A stretch of 64,000 nucleotides of DNA from a virus, in the IMG/VR virus record IMGVR_UViG_3300047678_000239, positions 33,159 through 97,158 of that record; one strand, 5' to 3'. This document shows positions 39,066-47,535 of the stretch, piece after piece. How positions within the stretch are numbered: the first letter of the stretch is position 1; the number at the start of each line of letters is the position of its first letter. Below the pieces are notes generated by a model that worked only from the letters and a program-made list of their open reading frames with translations, did no database searches and was not told where the DNA came from. The translations under genes and the position numbers were made by a program.

Positions 39066-39931
39066 TTATATATATTTGTGAGTTATTGGGTCTCGTTTAC
39101 GTCCTATTTGCCAAGAAGACATCTTGCAGCGTGTTTCTTCTGTTATGTTTTTCTTTGCTATAGACATTTTCGTCCGTGTTTCTTTAGACATTTTCTTTCC
39201 TCTCAAAGAATTTCCTATCTTCCTACGACATTCTTCAGTCAAAGACTTTCCAGTTTGAGCAATTGACATTCTTTTTTTGGTTTGTTCTGAAAATTTTCTG
39301 CCTGTATTGGCCAGGGATATTTTCCAATTGTATTTTGCTGTGAATCTAACGGCTCTGAGGATTCTCAAAGGGTCTTCACCAAAAATAACGTCGGGGTCTA
39401 AAGGAGTTCTGATAATTCCAGCCTTAATGTCTTCTTTACCCATTCCGGTTAAATCTAAAGTTTCTCCGGTTGTCAGGTCGTGGAGAAGACTGTTGGCGGT
39501 AAAATCTCTGCGCTTAACATCATCTTCGAGCTCGCCACCAGAAACCTCAGGCTTTCTACTTCCTGGTGTGTATTTTTCTTTTCTAGGAGCGACGGCTTCA
39601 ATGTCAATTTCACTCAAATCGTGACCTTTGTAATTGACTCCCTTTAAAGTAAATTTAGCAGTTCCGTATGTTGGATAAATTACAGGATTCGAACCTTCTT
39701 TGTAATTTCCAATTTCCTTCGCAGCCTATGTTGCAAAATTGATACCGGCATTTACGTCACCTTTGACAACCACATCCAAATCCTTTGGGTCAGCCCCAAG
39801 TTGCATGTCGCGGGTGCGCCGCCGGCCAGATAAACCTTTCCCTTGAAAGGACCTTTCTTGACTAAATCGGACAGAAATTCAAGAGCCACCTTATCACGTA
39901 AGGCTTCTTGAAGTATGCTTTTAAGTTTCAT
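39066..39931 (-). pseudogene. CCA-adding enzyme / poly(A) polymerase head domain, disrupted and fused to NUMOD3 repeats
   Basis: YLAGGA(P)RD...KDLDVV, DVKRRDFTANSL, DPLRILRAVRF; frameshift near 39812, in-frame TAG at 39726-39728; C-terminus replaced by SEQTKKRMS-type repeats. Confidence 0.8.
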
Positions 39932-39956
39932 TGGTAATAAATATTGAATCCTGTCT

Positions 39957-39985
39957 AAAAAACAACCCCCAACTTTCGTTGAGGG
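39957..39985 (-). terminator. intrinsic terminator
   Basis: CCCTCAAC-GAAA-GTTGGGGG then TTGTTTTTT on the minus strand. Confidence 0.75.
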
Positions 39986-40093
39986 TCATTTAGGGGTGAT
40001 GGACCGTTAGTTCAGTCACCCTCCACCAGTATCATTTTATAAGGTCGATACAACCTCGGGACGAGCCGACCAACTTCCTTTTCTAAGGGAAGT
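39986..40093. ncRNA. candidate structured RNA (unassigned)
   Basis: Three consecutive stems plus a possible GTATC/GATAC pseudoknot in an intergenic gap. Confidence 0.4.
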
Positions 40094-40096
40094 AAT

Positions 40097-40255
40097 TTAT
40101 CGAAGCCATAAAGCCAATGCAGCAAATATTACTGTGGCTATGGTTCCATACAGTCGAACTGCAAATTTTCCTGGATTGGTCATTGTCGTCGGCGACCACA
40201 CTGCTAGTGCGGTTAATCCGGCCAATCCCCAAAAAAATGTAGAAGCTAATGTCAT
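40097..40255 (-). CDS. small two-TM membrane protein
   Basis: MTLASTFFWGLAGLTALAVW...IATVIFAALALWLR. Confidence 0.6.
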   Translation of the reverse strand: MTLASTFFWGLAGLTALAVWSPTTMTNPGKFAVRLYGTIATVIFAALALWLR

Positions 40256-40256
40256 G

Positions 40257-40931
40257 TTATTGTTGTTTTTTCCACTGGTCGTATTCAGAGTGACATGCGA
40301 GGAAATCACCCGAATGAATGATGTATGGAAGATTTGTTCTCAGCTGTTGGTCAGGGTTGTATCCTTTGAGATAAAATGCATTCCCCTCATTGTAAAGACC
40401 ATCGGACAATTTGATTGCCAATGTTTCTTTCCAAGTCAACACGATTTGATGACGCTGAAGAACATACAAAGCGTTATCGGTGACTTCCCAAAATTGACAC
40501 TTTGGATTATGCTTGAACATTTCACCACGCTTGTCACGGGCCCAAGCTTCTGTTTGAGGAACGTAATATTCTCCATTTTCATTACCAAGTTTTCCGAGGT
40601 CATGGTGCAATGCTGCAAAAATACGCTCTTCTTCGGTGAAATCAACCGTTCCACCCATTGCTTCGTAAACCTTTTGACAACCCTTGGATGCTTTTTCAAC
40701 ATTTGCAATATGTTGCAGGTATCCGCCAATGTGAGCCAAATGGAAATGAACCTTACCAGCCGCTGGAGCGGTTGCGAGTCTGATTCCATATTTGTCTTCC
40801 GAATATAGGTCAAGCAACTTCGCTAGCCTATCTCCTTCAAATGTTTCTTTTAGAAACCCAATGAAGGTTTCGTAGTTCTCGCCAATTTCTTGTTCTGTAA
40901 GTTCAGAACCTTGGTGTAGTTTCATCGACAT
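40257..40931 (-). CDS. HD-domain phosphohydrolase
   Basis: TAPA...HLAHIGG..QH, ALHHDLGKLG, IHSGD. Confidence 0.8.
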   Translation of the reverse strand: MSMKLHQGSELTEQEIGENYETFIGFLKETFEGDRLAKLLDLYSEDKYGIRLATAPAAGKVHFHLAHIGGYLQHIANVEKASKGCQKVYEAMGGTVDFTEEERIFAALHHDLGKLGNENGEYYVPQTEAWARDKRGEMFKHNPKCQFWEVTDNALYVLQRHQIVLTWKETLAIKLSDGLYNEGNAFYLKGYNPDQQLRTNLPYIIHSGDFLACHSEYDQWKKQQ

Positions 40932-40965
40932 AAGATAAGACTACATAAGCGATTTTGAAAGTCAA
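40932..40965 (-). promoter_or_regulatory. sigma70-like promoter, leaderless arrangement
   Basis: TTGACT-N16-TAGTCT-N6-ATG. Confidence 0.6.
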
Positions 40966-40967
40966 CT

Positions 40968-42053
40968 TTATAATAAGACAGATACGCAATCAAGAGCACT
41001 TTTTATAACGTTGTGCATATCGTAGTATTTATATTCGGCAAGACGACCACCAAATATAACATTTTTATGAAGCTCTGCCTCTTTCTTATATTTCGATAAT
41101 ATCTCCATATTCTGTGCATCATTAACAGGATAATATGGTTCCGTTTTTCCGGCTACATATTCAATTGGAGTTTCCCAACTCACCCAAGTTGTATCTGTTT
41201 GAGCCTTTTCAAAATGTTTATGTTCTATGACTCTTGTATGTGAAACGTGTTTGTCAGTGTAATTTATTACTGCTACTCCCTGATAATTTGGAACTTCAAT
41301 ATGCTTGTGCTCCAACTTGACAGTTTTGTATTCGAGGTTTCCATATTTGTAATTGAAAAACTTATCGATTGGTCCAGTGTAGATAATCTTGTCATGTTCT
41401 GGCAGTTCCACATTGAAAAAATCGGTATTAGTTCTCACTTCAATTCCGTCGAGAAGTTTTTCAAATATTTTGGTATATCCCCCAATTGGAATTCCTTGAT
41501 ATTTGTCGTTGAAATAATTGTTATCGAACGTGTATCTTACAACCAACCTCTTTACGATTTCCTTCGGTAATTCAGTCGCTGGTTTTCTCCATTGTTTTTC
41601 CGTATAACCTTTGATAAGTCGGTAATATATGTCAGAGCCGACCATTTTGATTGCTTGTTCTTCAAGATTTTTTGGGTCTTCTATATGGAAAGATTGATTG
41701 GCGATGATAGCTTTCGCCTGCTCCTCTGTCTGGCATCCCCAAAGTTGATTGAATGTCCACATGTTAAATGGTAAAGAATAAATCTTATCACCAAACGATG
41801 CTAAGGGAGTATAGATGAAGTTATTAAACGAAGTATATTGGTTAATCCACGACCACACTTCCTCATTGGACGTATGGAATATGTGAGGTCCATACATGTG
41901 CAAGTTTATACCATTCCTCTCTTCCGTATAGCAGTTTCCAGCTATGTGTGGACGAGATTCTAAGACCAAGACCTTTTTGCCAGCCTTGTGAAGTTCGTGA
42001 GCACAGATGGAACCAAAAAAGCCGGCTCCTACAATAATATAATCATATTTCAT
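40968..42053 (-). CDS. glf: UDP-galactopyranose mutase
   Basis: IVGAGFFG, HMYGPHIFHT, YTEKQW, YFNDKYQGIP, EPYYPVN, GRLAEYKYYDM. Confidence 0.95.
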   Translation of the reverse strand: MKYDYIIVGAGFFGSICAHELHKAGKKVLVLESRPHIAGNCYTEERNGINLHMYGPHIFHTSNEEVWSWINQYTSFNNFIYTPLASFGDKIYSLPFNMWTFNQLWGCQTEEQAKAIIANQSFHIEDPKNLEEQAIKMVGSDIYYRLIKGYTEKQWRKPATELPKEIVKRLVVRYTFDNNYFNDKYQGIPIGGYTKIFEKLLDGIEVRTNTDFFNVELPEHDKIIYTGPIDKFFNYKYGNLEYKTVKLEHKHIEVPNYQGVAVINYTDKHVSHTRVIEHKHFEKAQTDTTWVSWETPIEYVAGKTEPYYPVNDAQNMEILSKYKKEAELHKNVIFGGRLAEYKYYDMHNVIKSALDCVSVLL

Positions 42054-43222
42054 TCAAACTGCTGTAGAAGATTTTCCCACATTCCCCCAATCTTGGGAAC
42101 ATTAAAACTGTCTATAACATACCTTGAAGCTTCATTTGATTTGGAATCTCTGAGAACCGTATCCTTTTCCAGCTCAACAATTTTCTTAACCAGTGGCTCC
42201 GATGTATTGAATCTTCCATCTTTTGTTAGTGGGGTGTTCTGTATGTCATTAATATCGGTTCCTTCCGGAAATTCACACCAATGACAATATTTCTCATAAT
42301 ACTCAGGAAGAGCGGCTATTGGATAAGTAACAACGTTTGTTTTCAATGCCAACGCTTCAGCTACAACACATGAAAATGTATCTTTATGAACATCGTTGTA
42401 TGGGGTGTAAAGCGGGTAGATGAAATATTCCGCTTCAGCTATATGTTTAAAAAGAGTTTGTTTATCAACTCCCATGTGCATGACAAAATATGGGTCTTTG
42501 TGGTCATGAATTGTCATGAGATAATCAAATGCATGAAACTCTGGATTGTCCCATTTCAAATCTCTTACCGTTTGGATTGCTACATTCCCACCTCTTGCCC
42601 AAGAAGCATGAAATACAACTTTATGTTTCTTTTTTGGAATTTGTTGAGAAAGAATATTTTCAATTTCATCAGTTAGTATTGGATTTGGAATCATCGTTTT
42701 GAATCCTTTTCCACCAACACCTTCAAAAATAGAATTCATGACTCCGAGGTTATTCTTCCTCTCCCATTCTGAAATGTTTACAAACGCAAGTTTCAGATTT
42801 TTTTCATTAACAAACTTTACTATTTCTCCAGAACCATATATCCATTGCATATGGCACCAATAAATCAAACCCTTAGTTACCGTTATTGGTAATTGAGAAT
42901 ACGCACTGAACCAAAGACTATTAACAAGAATGTCGAAGTTTCTATTTTCAATTCCATCAAAGTTAAAATTGGTGTAAGCCACTCCTCTTACTTTCTGTCC
43001 AGGAACAAACACTCGGCCCATACTTTCGTATTTGGCAAGTAGAGGCGGTTCCAGTGGGTCAACGGTTATAACAACATCGTGGCCCTTAGAAGCTAAATGC
43101 TCAGCAATCAATATTGTGCTTGTATCTGTTCCTGACGCTCCGGCTCCGCCGGTTCTAATGGTGTCTCCGTTTAGAAAATTACTGCGTCTGCTGTTTCCTA
43201 ATACGGTAAATGCAATTCTCAT
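42050..43222 (-). CDS. GT-B (GT4-like) glycosyltransferase
   Basis: GASGTD, LASKGHDV, IPNPI, DTFSCVVAEALA, ALPE. Confidence 0.75.
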   Translation of the reverse strand: MRIAFTVLGNSRRSNFLNGDTIRTGGAGASGTDTSTILIAEHLASKGHDVVITVDPLEPPLLAKYESMGRVFVPGQKVRGVAYTNFNFDGIENRNFDILVNSLWFSAYSQLPITVTKGLIYWCHMQWIYGSGEIVKFVNEKNLKLAFVNISEWERKNNLGVMNSIFEGVGGKGFKTMIPNPILTDEIENILSQQIPKKKHKVVFHASWARGGNVAIQTVRDLKWDNPEFHAFDYLMTIHDHKDPYFVMHMGVDKQTLFKHIAEAEYFIYPLYTPYNDVHKDTFSCVVAEALALKTNVVTYPIAALPEYYEKYCHWCEFPEGTDINDIQNTPLTKDGRFNTSEPLVKKIVELEKDTVLRDSKSNEASRYVIDSFNVPKIGGMWENLLQQFE

Positions 43223-44472
43223 AGTTTCTTTTCGTAGCGTTTAGACCAACCATTTTTAGTGCTGTATCCATACATGACAATTTTTGAAGGAGGCGTATCC
43301 GCTATAACATCTACCTCAACGGAATTTCTCGCATAGTTAAATATTTCTGGATGAGTCGATGGCTTGAAGTCTTCTCTAAATAAATTGGTTTCAAATTTAT
43401 CAACCACTCCAAAGGTTATGAATTCATAATCTCCAGTATCTTGTGATTTAAAAAATTCAACGTCCCAGTCAATTTTCATCTTTAATTTTTCTTTCTTGAA
43501 CTGTTCCTCCCAATCAATAGGATTTGGTGGTTCTCTAACCAACATAGTATAATCTTGAATTAAACATTTCTTGAAATCAAATCCACCAAAAACCTCATAA
43601 TCATGAACAGTTCTTTCTGTTCCCAATCCATAAGCTCCTAAATCAATTCCATAATCATCTTGTCCGAATAATTGGCGAGTTTTTTGTCTAGCAAAAATAT
43701 CTCTTTCGCCACTTGTCTTTTTGGTTTCACTCTTAATTCCGTGGTCTTCCCAATGTTTAGGACGATATTTTCTGGTGTATTCGTGCCACATTAACATTCG
43801 GTATGGACTGAAGAAATCATAACCCTTTGTATAAGCACGAATGCTCATTGTTGTTTCTTCTGTGTATCCTCCAAAATAAATGTCTGGGTCATATGGAACT
43901 TCATTGATAAAATTTCCTTCTACAAAATAGAAATGACCGCTGATTGTTCTAGCACGAATAACGTGTTTTCTTGTCTTAAAATCGGTAATATAAGCTGGTT
44001 TACTCATTAACAATTTGTCCGAGCTAAATTCGTATTGGGACATTAGTGTTGGCGTTTGCCCAGCTTTTTCCACCGGTTCTTTTGTATCAAACGGCGTGCA
44101 GTAAGTGGTTATCACTGGCTTCTTGGCCACCAACAATGCTTGTTGATAATCTTCCATCAACATAACATCCCAATTTTTAACAAATCGATGGTGGCTATCC
44201 AATTGCAATGTGTATTTTTCACCACGATATAATTTGTTGGTAACATTTCTCGCCCAACCCAAGCCTTGGCTTTGAGTATAGCTGTATTCTTCTACTCTAA
44301 CTCTTGGGTCGTTCGCAAATTCTTCAAGAGATTCAGTTTCATCTCTCTGCCAGCAAATTCCAAAAGTAAATCTTTCAGGATATTTCGCTTTGTCTAATAA
44401 ATCTCTAATCGTTGGAACGAGTTCTGGGTCTCGATACGATGCAATTTGAACAAATATTTTATCGTCAGTCAT
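43219..44472 (-). CDS. GT60-like polypeptide N-acetylglucosaminyltransferase (Skp1/mucin GlcNAc-T family)
   Basis: IFVQIASYRDPEL, GLGWARN, LQLDSHHRF (DxH), VPYDP..YF.GEE-like, WHEY. Confidence 0.8.
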   Translation of the reverse strand: MTDDKIFVQIASYRDPELVPTIRDLLDKAKYPERFTFGICWQRDETESLEEFANDPRVRVEEYSYTQSQGLGWARNVTNKLYRGEKYTLQLDSHHRFVKNWDVMLMEDYQQALLVAKKPVITTYCTPFDTKEPVEKAGQTPTLMSQYEFSSDKLLMSKPAYITDFKTRKHVIRARTISGHFYFVEGNFINEVPYDPDIYFGGYTEETTMSIRAYTKGYDFFSPYRMLMWHEYTRKYRPKHWEDHGIKSETKKTSGERDIFARQKTRQLFGQDDYGIDLGAYGLGTERTVHDYEVFGGFDFKKCLIQDYTMLVREPPNPIDWEEQFKKEKLKMKIDWDVEFFKSQDTGDYEFITFGVVDKFETNLFREDFKPSTHPEIFNYARNSVEVDVIADTPPSKIVMYGYSTKNGWSKRYEKKL

Positions 44473-44534
44473 AGTCTTTCCGTATATATAACGAAAAAAC
44501 GAATAATCCTACAATATAAATATGTTAAAATAAC

Positions 44535-46211
44535 TTAACAAGGTGTGCCAACTGTAGAAAGTGTGAGCGGTGCTCCGATACCGCCAGTGTATGTGATTGA
44601 AACATCTGATGGTAAACATCTGTCTTCTAAATAAGTTGTTGCATTGGTTGCTGGTGGAGAAACGTTTCTCGAAACCAATTCACTGCCGCTTGTTCCAGCT
44701 CCAACCGAAGACCAATTAAATGCCAATTCAATTGCTCCGTTTGAAACTGCTGCTCCCGTTTTCTTTCCATAGAAGCTATAAACTTGATATGGATATGATG
44801 TAGCACTGTAGGATGGATGTGTAAATCCTACTGAAATTGGGAGTATTTCAAGATACCCAATGTTGTTGATAGAAGGCGCGGAACCGACTCCATCATCAAC
44901 CGTTGTCATATTCTTTATTCCAGAAGAATCTGTGATTGTATTTGAATCAAAGTTATTTGAAGTATTCGTAGCATTGCGAATGTTGTAGTGATATTGAGAA
45001 CCATTTTGGATTCCTACTACACTCATGGACAATGCATTCGATGGGCTTATCAAACATTGACCAGCTCCAAATATGAATTTTCCTCCAGATACTCTTGTTA
45101 TAGATGCTGTGATTGTATTTGGAGTTAGAGAATCTGGGCAACTTACTATCAATGCAAAACGATTGTTTGCTATAGGCAACGTTAGGCTGTGATTTACAAT
45201 TGTTGCGCTTGTCACAGAAGTTGTCCACAAGTTAGAGTTTGCAACTATGTCTCTCAAGGTTATTGTTGCTGGGCGAGCGCCGTCAACCGTTGTAGCAGCT
45301 GTTAAGTCGATGAATAGAGATACATTTGATACAGCATTTGGTTGAACTATAACTTGTAAATCGTTGTTTCCGCCAGTTCTTGTATTTCCAGTCACCGAAG
45401 CATATGTGAATTCAAATGATGGTGATGGGTTTAAAACTGCAGTCGGCGTTATTACTATATTTGTGGCTGGCATCAAAATAGTATTAGGATTTGTGTTTGT
45501 TCCATTTTGTAGATAAAACACATCACCAGACCAAGCGTTGAAAGTGTATCCACCTGCTACACCAGCTCCAACAGAAACGTATGTTCCAGCAGGATATGCT
45601 CCAGTTCCATACGTAGATGTAATTCCCGCCTGACCACCATTTACAGCCAATGTGTATGTTGTAGGTGCAGGAGTTGGAGTAGGTGTTGGTGTAGGAGTAG
45701 GAGTAGCTCCACCTGGTGTTGGTGTAGGTGTTGGAGTGGCTGTTGGAGGAATTGGCGTAGGAGTAGGAGTAGGCGTAGGTGTTGGAACACTGCCAGCAAC
45801 TACATTCTGAGTATAATTCAAAGTTCCAATTCCGCCGGAGCCTGATACTATCAGTGTTGAGTATCCTGTTCCCTCTGTTCCATCATATGATGCCGTTATA
45901 TAGAATATAGAATCTGGTGGAATGGTTATTCTTGAATTATTGGCAATTGTCGATGGGTTTTTGAAAGAACTTCCTGCTGGGCCCGTGACGATATTCAAAT
46001 TTAGAGAAACGGAAAAATCCAAATTCGGATTATAAATTCCTCTTGCTTCTGAACCAGGAGTAAACTGAGCAAAATTAACTACGTTTGTTATCAGTCCACC
46101 GGATGACCAATAAATTGGCGAAGGTGTTGATGGAGATACCGCAGCTGGTATCGCTTGGAAATCACTTCCTATATCCCCAACCTCAACTAATCCAATGTAT
46201 TCGTTATTCAT
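44535..46211 (-). CDS. virion-type beta-rich protein with Pro-Thr linker and InlB B-repeat-like domain
   Basis: (PT)n; YTLAVNGG..GTGAYPAGTYV...GYTFNAWSGD. Confidence 0.65.
   Translation of the reverse strand: MNNEYIGLVEVGDIGSDFQAIPAAVSPSTPSPIYWSSGGLITNVVNFAQFTPGSEARGIYNPNLDFSVSLNLNIVTGPAGSSFKNPSTIANNSRITIPPDSIFYITASYDGTEGTGYSTLIVSGSGGIGTLNYTQNVVAGSVPTPTPTPTPTPIPPTATPTPTPTPGGATPTPTPTPTPTPAPTTYTLAVNGGQAGITSTYGTGAYPAGTYVSVGAGVAGGYTFNAWSGDVFYLQNGTNTNPNTILMPATNIVITPTAVLNPSPSFEFTYASVTGNTRTGGNNDLQVIVQPNAVSNVSLFIDLTAATTVDGARPATITLRDIVANSNLWTTSVTSATIVNHSLTLPIANNRFALIVSCPDSLTPNTITASITRVSGGKFIFGAGQCLISPSNALSMSVVGIQNGSQYHYNIRNATNTSNNFDSNTITDSSGIKNMTTVDDGVGSAPSINNIGYLEILPISVGFTHPSYSATSYPYQVYSFYGKKTGAAVSNGAIELAFNWSSVGAGTSGSELVSRNVSPPATNATTYLEDRCLPSDVSITYTGGIGAPLTLSTVGTPC
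45662..45788. repeat. 6-bp repeat encoding a Pro-Thr linker
   Basis: (GGNGTN)n. Confidence 0.9.
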
Positions 46212-46213
46212 AA

Positions 46214-47530
46214 TTAGTTACATAGTGATGGCCATGTATCGTGAATATTGATATAAGCAAACGCTTCAAAGTTATATCCAAGATTATCTGTAATTGTGCA
46301 AGAAATTGGGAATGTTCCGAAATCACCACATATAATGTCAACTGAGAACGTCGTTGTTGGGTTCGTTGGGTCGTCAGATGGAAATTCCCATAGATAAGTG
46401 TATGGAGCCGTTCCACCAAATGCTGTGACTGTGATTGGGTTTGTTGTAGCTCTACATACAGAACCGTGAGAATTGCAACCAACATTCGTTAATCCAGGAG
46501 CTATCGAACCAGACAAAGGTGGAGCGGTTGGTGTTGGAGTAGGAGTTGGAGTATCTGTTGGGGCAGGCGTAGGTGTAGGAGTTGGCGTAGACGGTATAGG
46601 AGTTGGCGTTGGTGTCGCCGTCGGAGGAACCGGAGTTGGTGTAGGCGTAGCGGTCGGCCCACCAGGCGTTGGTGTAGGCGTCGGCGTCGGCGTAACTGTT
46701 GGAGTCGAGGTCGGAGTTGGTGTTGGAGTAGCCGTTGGCCCAACTGGGGTCGGTGTAGGTGTAGGCGTAGGCGTTGGAGTGGTAGTTGGTGTAGGTGTTG
46801 GCGTAGGCGGCGGAGCGACCAACGAATATCCAGAAAACACCTTTTCTCCACCAGCCTTAAATACCGAATAATTATTTGTAGAATCCGACTGTAGATTAAA
46901 ATAATAATTTGGATTGTTTCCAGTTGGAGTTATCTGATTTGTTACATCAACAAATCTTCCTTTTCCTCTTCCATATGGGTTTGTATTATAAACCTTTAAA
47001 TACAATTTATCAGACGGACTAATTTTTCCAAATCCCTGAGCAGAGTCAAATGGAAGACCAAAACCACCAACTTTGGTAACGGTGATGGTCATTGTTATTT
47101 TCTCACTACTTCTAGCAGAACATCTGATAGTATGTATTCCAGCCGACAGAGATGGGGTGATAAATGAGCCAGAGCTTCCTGAATTTTGAGTCATTACGGT
47201 CACACCATTTAACTGGACAAGAAGTTCTTTTCCAGAACTGAATGTATTATTCTCACAAGATACTTCAACCCTAGCCACAGCAGTTCCTGATGGAATTCTG
47301 AATTTTAGTATTGGAGCATCTATCGCAGTGTCTCCAAACTGGCTATTTGCCGTAAATGAGACTTTTTCAAATATGAGTGTTTCCGCTGTTGGAATTCTAG
47401 TCCAACCAACATTTGTTCCTGAATCGCTGTTCTTTAAGAACGCGTGGCCACCATCTGTGGTGATTAAGTCTCCTTGAACACCGAAGATTTTGTTTTCTGG
47501 CTCATCATGTGTTGGTAATCCACGATTCAT
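46214..47530 (-). CDS. virion-type protein with long Pro-Thr linker and SprB/Ig-like C-terminus
   Basis: N-terminus paralogous to 47536..49821; about 95-aa PT linker; [10 protein letters not shown]. Confidence 0.65.
   Translation of the reverse strand: MNRGLPTHDEPENKIFGVQGDLITTDGGHAFLKNSDSGTNVGWTRIPTAETLIFEKVSFTANSQFGDTAIDAPILKFRIPSGTAVARVEVSCENNTFSSGKELLVQLNGVTVMTQNSGSSGSFITPSLSAGIHTIRCSARSSEKITMTITVTKVGGFGLPFDSAQGFGKISPSDKLYLKVYNTNPYGRGKGRFVDVTNQITPTGNNPNYYFNLQSDSTNNYSVFKAGGEKVFSGYSLVAPPPTPTPTPTTTPTPTPTPTPTPVGPTATPTPTPTSTPTVTPTPTPTPTPGGPTATPTPTPVPPTATPTPTPIPSTPTPTPTPAPTDTPTPTPTPTAPPLSGSIAPGLTNVGCNSHGSVCRATTNPITVTAFGGTAPYTYLWEFPSDDPTNPTTTFSVDIICGDFGTFPISCTITDNLGYNFEAFAYINIHDTWPSLCN
46520..46812. 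repeat. 6-bp repeat encoding a Pro-Thr linker
   Basis: (GGNGTN)n. Confidence 0.9.
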
Positions 47531-47535
47531 TTAAA

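Noticed and set aside
39726-39728. Stop-codon (TAG) reassignment
   Set aside because: TAG is rare as a terminator here, but all large genes are open in code 11. This single in-frame TAG lies in an already broken gene and is one change from TGG.
39993-40028. tRNA or tmRNA gene (ends CTCCACCA)
   Set aside because: It has no D arm, anticodon arm or canonical T loop, so it is kept only as a minihelix-like candidate.
40134-40813. 224-aa + strand ORF and 125-aa alternative-frame ORF
   Set aside because: They overlap the HD-domain gene, which has clear motifs and a promoter.
46473-46871. (Gly-Val)n ORFs and R/L/H- or Y/A-rich alternative frames here and at 3658-4161 and 48341-48800
   Set aside because: They are alternative readings of the Pro-Thr 6-bp repeats.
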